From Gemmatimonadota bacterium (GTDB lineage: Bacteria; Gemmatimonadota; Gemmatimonadetes; Gemmatimonadales; GWC2-71-9): a DNA stretch of 64,000 bases. The DNA lies in NCBI GenBank assembly GCA_022710485.1, contig JAKLGU010000001.1:468315-532314 (forward strand), given 5' to 3'. Both the position numbers and the translations under genes were made by a program. Positions 10,521 through 19,346 of this stretch are shown piece after piece (within the stretch, counting starts at the first letter, position 1; every line of letters begins with the position of its first letter). Under the pieces are notes generated by a model. That model had not been told where the DNA came from. It ran no database searches and saw only the letters and a list, made by a program, of their open reading frames with translations.

Positions 10521-11417
10521 CTAGGCGTCCGACTCTGCCGCGGCAGCCGGGGCGGCCGCCTCGGCCTCCCCCGGCTCCGCCTCGCCCTTCAGCCGGGCCG
10601 CGATGGCCTCCGGCTTCGGCCGGCGCTTCCGGCGGGCCCGGCGCTTCTTGCGGTCCGCGTCGGCGTCGCCCTCGGTGCCGGAATCGGTGCTGTACGTCTC
10701 GGCGTCCTCGGCGTCGGCGACTTCGCGGGCCGGCATCTGGGCGCGGGCCTCGGCGATCGTCTCCGCCAGGGCGTGGGTGATCAGCATGACGGCGCGGATC
10801 GCGTCGTCGTTGCCCGGGATCGGCACCGTGATCACGTCGGGGTCGGCGTTGGTGTCCACGATGGCCACCACAGGGATCCCGAGCTTGTTCGCCTCGGCCA
10901 CCGCGATCTTTTCCTTCTTGGCGTCCACGACGAAGAGCGCGCCCGGCAGCCGGTTCATGTTCTTGATGCCCTCGAGGTTGCGCGACAGCTTCACGCGCTC
11001 CCGCTCGAACAGCAGCTTTTCCTTCTTGGTGTAGCTCTCGAACTCGCCTTCCTGCGACCCCTGCTCGAGGTCCCGCAGCCGCCGGATCTGCTTCTTGACG
11101 GTCTGGAAGTTGGTGAGCATGCCGCCCAGCCACCGCTCGGTCACATAGTGCCCGCCGCTCGTGGCCGCCTCCGCCTGCACCACGCTCTTGAGCTGGCGCT
11201 TGGTGCACACGAAGAGCACGCTGTCGCCCTTCAGGACGACCGTCCGGAGGAGCTCCTGCGCCTTGATGATCTGGCGGAGGGTCTTCTGCAGGTCGATGAT
11301 GTAGATGCCGGAACGTTCGGCGAAGATGAAACGGCGCATCTTCGGGTTCCACCGACGGGTCTGGTGGCCGAAGTGTACGCCGGCTTCGAGCAGGTCCTGC
11401 AGTGCGGGCTGTGACAT
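10521..11417 (-). CDS. rpsB: 30S ribosomal protein S2 with an acidic/basic C-terminal tail
   Basis: MSQPALQDLLEAGVHFGHQTRRWNPKM... I chose the ATG at 11417, which has GAAGGA about 13 nt upstream. The track ORF begins 14 codons earlier. Confidence 0.95.
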   Translation of the reverse strand: MSQPALQDLLEAGVHFGHQTRRWNPKMRRFIFAERSGIYIIDLQKTLRQIIKAQELLRTVVLKGDSVLFVCTKRQLKSVVQAEAATSGGHYVTERWLGGMLTNFQTVKKQIRRLRDLEQGSQEGEFESYTKKEKLLFERERVKLSRNLEGIKNMNRLPGALFVVDAKKEKIAVAEANKLGIPVVAIVDTNADPDVITVPIPGNDDAIRAVMLITHALAETIAEARAQMPAREVADAEDAETYSTDSGTEGDADADRKKRRARRKRRPKPEAIAARLKGEAEPGEAEAAAPAAAAESDA

Positions 11418-11548
11418 GCGAGTTCGTCGATCCTTCGATTGTGAGGGTTGTCCGGCCATCGCCTTCGTCTTCCGGCCTGACCCCTGGGGGGCACCCGGGT
11501 CGGAATCCGGCGATGTGGATGATGGCGGCCGCTCGGCCGCCTGCGCTG

Positions 11549-11950
11549 CTACCGCTTGCTGAACTGGAACCGCTTCCGGGCGCCCGGACGGCCGGGCTTC
11601 TTGCGCTCGACGGCGCGCGGATCGCGCGTCAGGAGCCCGGCGGCCCGCAGCTTGGCCCGGTGCAGGCCGTCGGCCTCCACCAGCGCCCGCGCGATGCCGT
11701 GCCGGAGCGCACCCGCCTGCCCCGCCTGCCCGCCGCCGTCCACGTGCGCCGTGACGTCAAATGCGCCGAGGGTGTCGGTGGCGGTGAACGACTGCTGGAT
11801 GTGCTGCACCAGCGAGGGCCGCGGGAAGTAGTCGCCGAGGGTGCGGCCGTTGATGTCCCACTTGCCCGTGCCGGGCGTCAGGTACACACGGGCGACGCTG
11901 GTCTTGCGCCGACCCACCGCCTGCCACCGGAATTCGGGAGAAGCCGTCAT
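11549..11950 (-). CDS. rpsI: 30S ribosomal protein S9
   Basis: 133 aa ending ...RKKPGRPGARKRFQFSKR. The ATG at 11950 overlaps the rplM stop by 4 nt. The 271-aa track ORF is an over-extension. Confidence 0.95.
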   Translation of the reverse strand: MTASPEFRWQAVGRRKTSVARVYLTPGTGKWDINGRTLGDYFPRPSLVQHIQQSFTATDTLGAFDVTAHVDGGGQAGQAGALRHGIARALVEADGLHRAKLRAAGLLTRDPRAVERKKPGRPGARKRFQFSKR

Positions 11951-12411
11951 GCGCTCACCTTCTGGGTGCTGGACTGAACCGTGTAGGGCTTGGGCTGCTG
12001 CGCCGCGTGCGGGTGCTCCGCGCCGGCGTACACCTTGAGCTTGCCGCGCAGGTGCTGCTTGGCGAGCGAGGTCTTCGGCAGCATGCCGAAGACGGCCTTC
12101 TCGATGACCCGGTCGGGGTGCTTGGCCATCATGTTCCGGGCGGTCGTGTGCGTCTCGTGACCCATGTACCCGGTGTACTTGAAGTAGGTCTTGCCATCGA
12201 GCTTCTTGCCCGTCAGGCGGACCTTTTCCGCGTTGATGACGATGACGAAATCGCCCACGTCCATGTGCGGCGTGAACGTCGGCTTGTGCTTGCCCCGGAT
12301 GAGCTGCGCCACTTCGCTGGCCAGCCGGCCAAGGGGCACGTCCTGGGCGTCCACGATCAGCCACTCGTGGTGGATGTCGTCGGGCGTCGCGCTGAAGGTC
12401 TTCATGGTCAT
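11947..12411 (-). CDS. rplM: 50S ribosomal protein L13
   Basis: 154 aa, ...HEWLIVDAQDVPLGRLASEVAQLIRGKHKPTFTPHMDVGDFVIVINA... Confidence 0.95.
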   Translation of the reverse strand: MTMKTFSATPDDIHHEWLIVDAQDVPLGRLASEVAQLIRGKHKPTFTPHMDVGDFVIVINAEKVRLTGKKLDGKTYFKYTGYMGHETHTTARNMMAKHPDRVIEKAVFGMLPKTSLAKQHLRGKLKVYAGAEHPHAAQQPKPYTVQSSTQKVSA

Positions 12412-12454
12412 TCCTGCCAGTTGCCTGAAAACGGGTAAATCGACACAGACCTTA

Positions 12455-12484
12455 ATGATAGCGGGGAATATCGGCTCCGGTCAA
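12455..12484 (-). promoter_or_regulatory. candidate sigma70-type promoter for rplM-rpsI
   Basis: The minus strand reads TTGACC (12479-12484) - N18 - TATCAT (12455-12460), about 45 nt upstream of the rplM ATG. Confidence 0.4.
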
Positions 12485-13014
12485 GCCACCCCGTCCACAC
12501 CCCCAGCTGGCTCCGGGGCCGCCAGGACCACCAGGACCTGGCCCTTTTCGACCGCCGTTCCCGCCGCCACCCGGACCGCCGCGACCACCCCAGCCGCCGG
12601 TGCCTTGATCTGGTTTTCCATCTTCATCGCCTCCAGCACCGCAAGCCCCGCCCCCGCCACCACTTGCTGGCCCGGCTCGACCAGGACACGGAGCACCAGC
12701 CCCGGCATCGGCGCCTTGACCTCCCCGGCCCCGGCCCGCTGACGACCCTCCCCCGTCAGGCTCCGGATATGCCGGGTCCGCTCGTCGACCACCGAGGCCT
12801 CCCAGCGCTCCCCCCGGCAGCCGACCTCCCACTCCCCTCGCCGGGGGGAATCCATCGAGAACACGACCGTTCGCTCCCCCAGCCGGAGCTGGCGGAGCGG
12901 CGTGCCCGGGAGCGGCTCCAATGCGGCCGGAATGAGTTCGCCGTCCACCCGGACTCCGCCGGCCTCGATGCTCACCTCGACCTCCACTCCCGCCACCTGC
13001 ACGAAGTACTTCAT
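12481..13014 (-). CDS. biotin carboxyl carrier (biotinyl/lipoyl domain) protein of an acyl-CoA carboxylase
   Basis: 177 aa with a C-terminal biotinyl domain carrying the EAMKM biotinylation motif (VKAPMPGLVLRVLV...LAVLEAMKMENQIKAP). Confidence 0.8.
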   Translation of the reverse strand: MKYFVQVAGVEVEVSIEAGGVRVDGELIPAALEPLPGTPLRQLRLGERTVVFSMDSPRRGEWEVGCRGERWEASVVDERTRHIRSLTGEGRQRAGAGEVKAPMPGLVLRVLVEPGQQVVAGAGLAVLEAMKMENQIKAPAAGVVAAVRVAAGTAVEKGQVLVVLAAPEPAGGVDGVA

Positions 13015-14309
13015 CCGACAGCCTCCAGGATCGCCACCGACTCCACGTGCGCGGTCTGCGGAAAGAGATCGAAGGCACGCAGGGCGGCGAGGCGGGGAGG
13101 CGGGGAGGCGGGGATGCCGGACAGCAGTCGCCTCAGGTCACGGGCCAGCGTCGCGGGATCGCAACTGATGTAAGCGATCTTCCGGGGGCCGGCCGCGGCG
13201 ATCGCATCGGTCACGCGCCCATCCATGCCGGTGCGGGGCGGGTTGGTCACCACGACGTCTGCCGGCGCAAGTGTCGGCACGATGTCCTCCGCCCGGCCCG
13301 CATGGCGCCGCACCCGTTCCGCGGGGCCGCGACGGGTCGCCTCGACCACGGCGCGGGGGTCGACCTCGACGCTCTCCACCTCGGCGCCCCCGGCGGCCAG
13401 CCGCGCGGTCGTCTCGCCCACACCCGCATAGAGATCCCACGCCTTCAGGCCCGCCACCCTGCCCAGCTGGGAGAGCGCCCAGGTGCGCACCCGGTCGCCC
13501 ATGGCGGGATGGACCTGCTCGAAGACCGTGGCAGGATACGGCTCGGCGGCGCCTGCCATCGCGCGCGGTGCGCCAGATTCCGGCACCCACCAGAGCACGG
13601 CCGGCACGCCACGACGCACCAGCGCCACGTGCAGCAGCGCAGCGGACCGCCAGGCCGTCTGGCCCCGCACCCGCACCACCAGGTGGAGCCCGCCATCACG
13701 GTCGCGGCGAAGCACGAGCTGCTCGGCGTTCTCCGGCAGGAGCGCTCGGTGCTCCCGCACCGCGCTCCAGAGGTCCATCAGCGCCGGATCGGCGATCAGG
13801 CACCGCTCGAGATCGAAGATGTCACCTGGGCGGCCCTGGCGATGGAACCCGATGGTGCGCGCCCCGTCCGAGACCGTCAGCGTGACCTTGTTCCGATAGC
13901 CCCATGCGACCGCCGCCGGCTCGATCTCGGGATCCTCGACCTCGAGCTTGCCGATCCGCCGCAGCGCCTCTCCTACCATGACGCGCTTTGCCGCGAGCTG
14001 CGCCGGCATGGAGAGCTGCTGCAGCTGGCAGCCGCCGCACTGCTCCCGTCCGAAATGCGGACAGGCCGGCTCGACCCGGTCCGGCGACGGCTCCACGATG
14101 TCGAGCACCTCGGCCCGCGCGAAGGTCTTTGACAGCCTGACGCGGCAAAGCGTCACGAGATCCCCGGCCGCCGTCCGCGGCACGAACACCGTGCGCCCGT
14201 CGGGGAGCGCTCCCACGCCGTCCCCACCGCTGGCGATGCGGAGGATCCGGACCGGCGCGTCGCCAGGGCCGGTCAGCGGAGCCCCTCGGACCGCGCGGTA
14301 GCAAGCCAC
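13011..14309 (-). CDS. TrmA/RumA-family SAM-dependent RNA (uracil-5)-methyltransferase with N-terminal TRAM and 4-Cys cluster
   Basis: ...CPHFGREQCGGCQLQQL... (Fe-S Cys cluster), DLYAGVGE (SAM motif) and ...YISCDPATLARDL...FDLFPQTAHVESV. The start is uncertain. I chose the in-frame GTG at 14309. The 692-aa track ORF over-extends into the biotin carboxylase gene. Confidence 0.8.
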   Translation of the reverse strand: MACYRAVRGAPLTGPGDAPVRILRIASGGDGVGALPDGRTVFVPRTAAGDLVTLCRVRLSKTFARAEVLDIVEPSPDRVEPACPHFGREQCGGCQLQQLSMPAQLAAKRVMVGEALRRIGKLEVEDPEIEPAAVAWGYRNKVTLTVSDGARTIGFHRQGRPGDIFDLERCLIADPALMDLWSAVREHRALLPENAEQLVLRRDRDGGLHLVVRVRGQTAWRSAALLHVALVRRGVPAVLWWVPESGAPRAMAGAAEPYPATVFEQVHPAMGDRVRTWALSQLGRVAGLKAWDLYAGVGETTARLAAGGAEVESVEVDPRAVVEATRRGPAERVRRHAGRAEDIVPTLAPADVVVTNPPRTGMDGRVTDAIAAAGPRKIAYISCDPATLARDLRRLLSGIPASPPPRLAALRAFDLFPQTAHVESVAILEAVG

Positions 14310-15775
14310 GCGGAGTGCGCCGCATCCGATTCCGCGATCGCGGGCTTTCGCGCGTGCCGCGCGGCGTCCTCCGCGAGCGCGGCGGCGATCGCGGCGAGCC
14401 TCGTCAACTCCGCCGCGGGCCGGGCCTCCGCCAGGTCGGGGCGGCGGTCGAGGAACTGGATGTCGATCTCCCCGGCCATGAACGCGGGATCGGACACCAG
14501 CCGGCGCTGGAACCCCTGGTTGCTGGCGATGCCGATGATCACGAGCTCGTCGAGGGCGCGCACCATGCGGCGCAGCGCCTCGCGGCGGTCGCGCCCCCAG
14601 ACGATGAGCTTCGCCACCATCGAGTCGTAGTGCAGCGTCACGTCGTTGCCGACCTCGAAGCCGCTGTCCCACCGCACGCCCGGCCCCGCCGGCACGCGCA
14701 GGAACTCGAGCCGCCCCGTGGACGGCATGAAGCCGTTCGCGGGGTCCTCGCTGGTGATCCGGCACTCCACCGCCCAGCCGTTCGGCGCGAGCGGCCCCTC
14801 GGGCACCTGCATCGGGAGGCCGCGCGCGATGCGCAGCTGCTCCCGGACCAGGTCGATGCCGTACACCATTTCGGTGACCGGGTGCTCGACCTGGATCCGC
14901 GTGTTCATCTCGAGGAAGTAGAACGACCCGTCCGCAGCGAGGAGGAACTCGCAGGTGCCGGCGCTCCGGTAACCCACCGCCGCGGCGGCCGCCACCGCCG
15001 CGGCGCCCATCCGCTCTCGCAGCGCGGCGTCCACCGCCACGGACGGAGCCTCCTCGAGGACCTTCTGGTGCCGGCGCTGGACCGAGCATTCCCGCTCGCC
15101 GAGGTGGACGGTGCGCGTCGCATCGGCCAGGACCTGGATCTCCACGTGGCGCGGGCGTTCGATGAACTTTTCGATGTAGACGCCGGCGTCGCCGAAGGCC
15201 TTGAGCGCCTCGGACGCGGCCGTGGCGAGCGCCCCCTCGAGTTCCTCCGCGGCCCGGACCACCCGCATCCCCTTCCCACCACCGCCGGCAGCCGCCTTCA
15301 CCATCACCGGATACCCCATCTCCCCGGCGAGCGCCAGCGCGGCGCCGAGGTCCGTGACCGGCGCATCGGCACCCGGCACCACGGGCACGCCGGCGGCGCG
15401 CATGCGGCGCCTCGCCTCCGTCTTGTCGCCCATGGCACGAATGGCGGTGGAGGGAGGCCCGATGAACACCAGGCCCGCCTGCTCGACCGCCTCGGCGAAC
15501 GCGGCGCGTTCCGCGAGGAAGCCGTAGCCCGGGTGGATGGCCTGCGCGCCCGTTGCGCGGGCAGCCTCGAGCAGCCGGTCGATCCGGAGGTAGCTCTCGG
15601 AGGGCGCCGCCGGCCCGATCTCGACGGCCAGATCCGCCGCGCGGACGTGCGGGCTCAGGCGGTCGGCGGCGGAATAGACGGCCACCGCCTCGAGGCCCTC
15701 CTCGTGGCAGGCGCGGATGATGCGCAGCGCGATTTCGCCGCGGTTCGCGACGAGGACTCTCGTGACTGGTGTCAT
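14273..15775 (-). CDS. biotin carboxylase subunit (acetyl/propionyl-CoA carboxylase alpha, BC part)
   Basis: 500 aa, VLVANRGEIALRIIRACHEEG...YPVMVKAAAGGGGKGMRVV...EMNTRIQVEHPVTE. Confidence 0.9.
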   Translation of the reverse strand: MTPVTRVLVANRGEIALRIIRACHEEGLEAVAVYSAADRLSPHVRAADLAVEIGPAAPSESYLRIDRLLEAARATGAQAIHPGYGFLAERAAFAEAVEQAGLVFIGPPSTAIRAMGDKTEARRRMRAAGVPVVPGADAPVTDLGAALALAGEMGYPVMVKAAAGGGGKGMRVVRAAEELEGALATAASEALKAFGDAGVYIEKFIERPRHVEIQVLADATRTVHLGERECSVQRRHQKVLEEAPSVAVDAALRERMGAAAVAAAAAVGYRSAGTCEFLLAADGSFYFLEMNTRIQVEHPVTEMVYGIDLVREQLRIARGLPMQVPEGPLAPNGWAVECRITSEDPANGFMPSTGRLEFLRVPAGPGVRWDSGFEVGNDVTLHYDSMVAKLIVWGRDRREALRRMVRALDELVIIGIASNQGFQRRLVSDPAFMAGEIDIQFLDRRPDLAEARPAAELTRLAAIAAALAEDAARHARKPAIAESDAAHSAWLATARSEGLR

Positions 15776-15818
15776 GGGCGTGGTGGGATGGCGGACGGCG
15801 GGCCGCTGGGGCGAAAGC

Positions 15819-16826
15819 CTAGCGGCGGCAGGCGGCGATCTGTGTGTCTCCGAGCAGCGCCAGCGGGCCGTCGCAAAGGCGCGGGTTGAACCCGGCGGCG
15901 GCGGTGTAGACGCCGTGCACCTCGCGGAGCCAGGAGGACTTCCCCTGCCGGTCGGCGCGGGCGAGGTCGGTCACCGTCACGACGCGGTCGCTCGAGGTGA
16001 CGCCGGGCCCCGCCACGAGCACGAAGCGCATCGGGCGCAGTTCGGGCAGCGCGAGGAGGGCGCGGTCGGCCATGGGCGTGAGGCACACCGGCCGGTGCTG
16101 GGCCACCGTGGCCAGCGCCTGCTGGACCGACCACGACGAGTCGGTGCCGAGCGCGTTGGCGATTCGGTGGCGGTAGAGGGCGTCGGTGGCGTAGAAGGCG
16201 GGCACCACGATGACGACGCTGCCGGCCGCGCCCGCCGTCGCCACCACCGAGAAGATGGCCACCGTCTCGAGGTCGTTTCCGGTGGCCATGACCCCGGTGG
16301 CGGGGCAGCTGCTCAGCAGGTTGGCGCCGAGCTCCGAGATGTAGTCGGGAAGCGGCGCGACGTCGGTGGGCACCGTCCACCGGGTGAGCGCCTGGTAGCC
16401 CTGCCGCTCCACGGCATCGAGCGCCCGCTCGACTTCGAGCATCTGGCGGAGGATGACGGCCGAGTCGCCGCGGAGGCGCACCGCCTGGTCGAGGGCGGCG
16501 GCGCCGAAATCGATGTAGAGGGTGCCGGGAGAATCGGTGGGGTGCCCGGAGAGGTGCCAGTCGCGGATGTCGAGGAGGTAGAAGCGGCCGAGCTGGATCC
16601 AGGCGGAGCCGTCATCCGGGGAGGTGGCGAGGTAGCGGCTGAGCATTTCGGTGCCGATCCCGCGCTGCCCGTTCCGGGCCAGTTCCGCGGCGCGGGGCGC
16701 CACGGTCGGATTGAGCGAGGCCTGCCCCACCAGCGAGCCCGCCGATCCTGTGCCCATGAGGGCCAGCATCAGGATGCTCCGCAGGTTGGTGTGCGCCGCT
16801 CGTGCCATGCCTGCCGCCAGTCGCAT
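15819..16826 (-). CDS. hypothetical secreted protein (signal peptide, no recognisable domain)
   Basis: 335-aa ORF with an N-terminal hydrophobic signal-like segment (LRSILMLALMGTGSAGSLVGQ). Codon usage matches the surrounding genes. I could not recognise a family. Confidence 0.5.
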   Translation of the reverse strand: MRLAAGMARAAHTNLRSILMLALMGTGSAGSLVGQASLNPTVAPRAAELARNGQRGIGTEMLSRYLATSPDDGSAWIQLGRFYLLDIRDWHLSGHPTDSPGTLYIDFGAAALDQAVRLRGDSAVILRQMLEVERALDAVERQGYQALTRWTVPTDVAPLPDYISELGANLLSSCPATGVMATGNDLETVAIFSVVATAGAAGSVVIVVPAFYATDALYRHRIANALGTDSSWSVQQALATVAQHRPVCLTPMADRALLALPELRPMRFVLVAGPGVTSSDRVVTVTDLARADRQGKSSWLREVHGVYTAAAGFNPRLCDGPLALLGDTQIAACRR

Positions 16827-16908
16827 TCGTGGTTCGGGGGTAAGGTCCTAAGATGGGGCCCCGTACCGAGTTTGGCTAGAGGCAGCGTCTCGGACCCCTC
16901 ACCCCCAC

Positions 16909-16933
16909 CCCCCTCTCCCTCCGGGAGAGGGGG
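16909..16933. repeat. GC-rich REP-like hairpin (CCCCCTCTCCC tcc GGGAGAGGGGG)
   Basis: Perfect 11-bp inverted repeat with a 3-nt loop, just outside the left att-like repeat. Confidence 0.6.
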
Positions 16934-16947
16934 AGTCCGAAATTCTG

Positions 16948-17125
16948 CCACCCCGCCCCGCTGCCCCCCTGCCCCGCCTACAACGGCATGCACCCGTGCT
17001 TCTTCGCCGGGTTCCGGTCCCGCTTGGTCCGGAGGGCCCCACGGGACACACGATCGCGCCGACGCTAACCTACCCGCTGGACGAAGATCCGGGATATCCT
17101 AAATCCGGGAGGACCCGCCGGCTCG
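16948..17125. repeat. att-like repeat copy A: displaced copy of the pccB 3' end (16948-17039) plus shared arm X (17040-~17125)
   Basis: 16948-17039 matches 25947-26038 at 91/92 positions. 16984-17084 matches 25584-25684 with about 5 mismatches. Confidence 0.85.
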
Positions 17126-17207
17126 CCTCCTGGACGCCATGCTCCTCAAACACCAGGCCCGCCGGTGGGCCTCGGCCCTCTGTCCCCAGAAGAACTCAGG
17201 CGCCCCC

Positions 17208-17708
17208 TCAAGGGCGCCCGTTTGGATTCGCTTGTGACCGGCACAAGGAACCAGATTCGCGAGTGACCTGAACCACCAGGTCTTCGAAATTCGGTTGCCC
17301 AGATCCATCGCTGCAGCGCAATAGCATGGCTCCAGCCTCCGAATGAGCGACGTGCATTGCGCTGCTTGTCAGGGCGTACAGCATTGTCTTGTGCTGCCGG
17401 TCCTTCCATACGTTGATGAAGGTCAGAGCCGCGGGACCCTTCGCCTCGATGATGGTCAGGCGAACCTGCTCCGGGGCGGTGTCGGTCCAAAACACCAGTT
17501 CCTTGCCAGTGATGCGTTCCACGGATACCTGGCAATGCTGCGCCGATACTCGGAGGCCCTGGACATACTCCGCCGTGAAGGAGACAAACCGAATGCTGAT
17601 CACATCTCCCTCAGCCACCCCGAGCATGAATCGACGATGCAGTACGAGACCCCGGTGCGTGATTGTGCCGGTAGCACTGCCCTCAAAGAGAGGGGTAAAA
17701 TCCACCAA
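17208..17708 (-). CDS. putative immunity protein for the orphan toxin
   Basis: 166-aa ORF starting 33 nt after the orphan toxin stop, with GGGAGG 6 nt before a TTG/GTG start. GC content is lower than in the core genes. No recognisable family; the call rests on position. Confidence 0.45.
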   Translation of the reverse strand: MVDFTPLFEGSATGTITHRGLVLHRRFMLGVAEGDVISIRFVSFTAEYVQGLRVSAQHCQVSVERITGKELVFWTDTAPEQVRLTIIEAKGPAALTFINVWKDRQHKTMLYALTSSAMHVAHSEAGAMLLRCSDGSGQPNFEDLVVQVTRESGSLCRSQANPNGRP

Positions 17709-17741
17709 TCAGGGCCTCCCTTGGAAGCTACTCCTGGCTAG

Positions 17742-18620
17742 TTAACGATAGGGATCAACAGCTCGGTGCTGATCTGGCGTGACGGCTTCGACCTGAATAC
17801 CCCCGTCCCGACGCGGTAACGGAGTGTGATGCAGCTCGACAGATTCCCCGTCAATCTGAGGTGCATTGCCCCGCTTCATTCGCGATATATTGCCTGCACC
17901 CCAGCGCTCCGCGGCACCTTCAGAAGCTGCCTCGGTCTTCCAAAATCGCCGGCGCTGTGTTGTCCAACTTCTTCCGGCAGTGGCTGCGGTCTCCTGCGCT
18001 GTATGAGCCCCGCTTGAAGTGACGAGCTTGCCTACCCCGGTCGCACCAGCATCTACTCCTTGGCGAGCTGCCCGCCCAGAACCCACGAGGGTGCCAAGCG
18101 CAGTGGCGACTCGTTGAGCACCGCTTAGTGCCTCGCCGGTGATTAGGTCCCGACCAACAACAGCTCCAGCGATGTCGACCGCATCACCGACGCCGGGAAT
18201 CAGCCCCACGGCGAGTGAGACACCCGCGGCCCCCAAGCAACTGCTCGGAGGTATTGGACACAGCCCAAACGGATCGGTGTAGGTCGCCGGGTTGTTCCCA
18301 TTAAACTGGTACAGGTTCAGCCCGCCCGCCACCCCGAGCGGATCCTCCTGCTTCCACCGCCCCGTCCGGCTGTCGTACGCCCGGTTCCGGAAGTAGGAGA
18401 CCCCTCCCGGGGCCCCGCTCCCCTGCCGGTTCACGTCGAAGGTGAAGCCGTTCTGCGTGGCGCCAGCGTACTGCCACGCCCCCCGGTCCGTCGAGACGTC
18501 GGCCTCCACCAGGAAGCCCGAGCTGTCCCCCACCGCCAGCTGCCGGCCCTGGCCGTCCATCACGAAGTAGAGGGTCTGGCGGTAGGCGGCGCTCAGGGCG
18601 AAGCGCCAGCCGGTGATCAT
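17742..18620 (-). CDS. orphan Rhs C-terminal cassette: last Rhs core repeat + DPFGL motif + HNH/EndoVII-like (LHH / GH-E-type) nuclease tip
   Basis: Its first ~125 aa are near-identical to residues ~1270-1410 of the full-length Rhs (…YFRNRAYDSRTGRWKQEDPLGVAGGLNLYQFNGNNPATYTDPFGLCPIPPS). The sequence then diverges and ends ...MKRGNAPQIDGESVELHHTPLPRRDGG...PDQHRAVDPYR. It lacks the Rhs N-terminus, and the M at 18620 is internal to the homology. It ends in a TAA stop. Confidence 0.7.
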   Translation of the reverse strand: MITGWRFALSAAYRQTLYFVMDGQGRQLAVGDSSGFLVEADVSTDRGAWQYAGATQNGFTFDVNRQGSGAPGGVSYFRNRAYDSRTGRWKQEDPLGVAGGLNLYQFNGNNPATYTDPFGLCPIPPSSCLGAAGVSLAVGLIPGVGDAVDIAGAVVGRDLITGEALSGAQRVATALGTLVGSGRAARQGVDAGATGVGKLVTSSGAHTAQETAATAGRSWTTQRRRFWKTEAASEGAAERWGAGNISRMKRGNAPQIDGESVELHHTPLPRRDGGIQVEAVTPDQHRAVDPYR

Positions 18621-18631
18621 GGCCGCGGCGG
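18255..18631. repeat. Rhs core-end homology block (orphan copy)
   Basis: About 98% identical to 19804-20220, apart from a 42-nt in-frame indel flanked by the short repeat AAGCGCC. Confidence 0.9.
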
Positions 18632-18890
18632 CGGCGGCTAGCGCGTGCGTGCGGCAGCCCCTACAACGCCACGAGGCGTGGGCGGTGCCCGCCCCACGGA
18701 AGGAAGGAACTCCATGTTACTCTGCGTTGGCGCGGATCGATAGAAAGTGGGTGCGGCTAGATGGGGACTCCAGCGCGGGAGCAATCCCCTGGTTGGCCCG
18801 GCCTTGGTGCCTAAACGGCTCCATCCGATCGAACACCCATCACACTCGGCTCTCTCGCCATCAAGTGGCTGGGTTCGGGGGGGACGTCGC

Positions 18891-19337
18891 TCAAAGCAAG
18901 TCCCTCACTCGCCGGTCGACGAGCGCCCTGACGAGTGCCCCTGATTGATCAGCCCGGCGGATTCCCTCAATGGAAGTCCAGGAGCGGAGGGTCGGGATCG
19001 CGATATCCCGAACCAATTCCCGGAAGTCAGTACTACCGCCCACAACCGCTGCACGTCCAGGAGTGGATTCGACTTCCACGTCGGAATTTGCCGGAACGAT
19101 AGTCCCCAATCGCAACCGAAGATGCGCGCGATCTCCGCGCGGCCACTCGCAAGGTTCGATCAGTTGGACCCAGGCCGCGAGGTTCAGGTAGACCTCCGGC
19201 CCCCACTGAGACCGCTGGAGTTCTGCGAAAGCTGTCACCTCACGGCCTCTCAGGTACCACGCCTGTTTCTTCCGCACAAAGCCCGCTTCCTCGAGAAGGC
19301 CGTCAAGTTCTGAGGCGATCGGATCACGCTTCCTCAC
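18891..19337 (-). CDS. putative cognate immunity protein of the full-length Rhs toxin (DUF4304-like by recollection)
   Basis: 148-aa ORF. Its GTG start lies 9 nt after the Rhs TAG stop and is preceded by a perfect AGGAGG (TAGGAGGctgagGTG). Confidence 0.5.
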   Translation of the reverse strand: MRKRDPIASELDGLLEEAGFVRKKQAWYLRGREVTAFAELQRSQWGPEVYLNLAAWVQLIEPCEWPRGDRAHLRLRLGTIVPANSDVEVESTPGRAAVVGGSTDFRELVRDIAIPTLRSWTSIEGIRRADQSGALVRALVDRRVRDLL

Positions 19338-19346
19338 CTCAGCCTC

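Noticed and set aside
10435-11352. 305-aa and 319-aa ORFs overlapping rpsB in other frames. Similar Arg/Gly-rich ORFs overlap recN, pheT and rny.
   Set aside because: These are out-of-frame shadows of strongly identified ribosomal or housekeeping genes and have no independent signals.
16996-17271. An apparently conserved peptide ([25 protein letters not shown]) shared by plus-strand ORFs at 16996-17271 and 25551 onward.
   Set aside because: The similarity simply reflects the DNA-level att-like repeat (core plus arm X). The frame is antisense to the pccB 3'-end fragment, and neither ORF has a ribosome-binding site or a plausible protein character.
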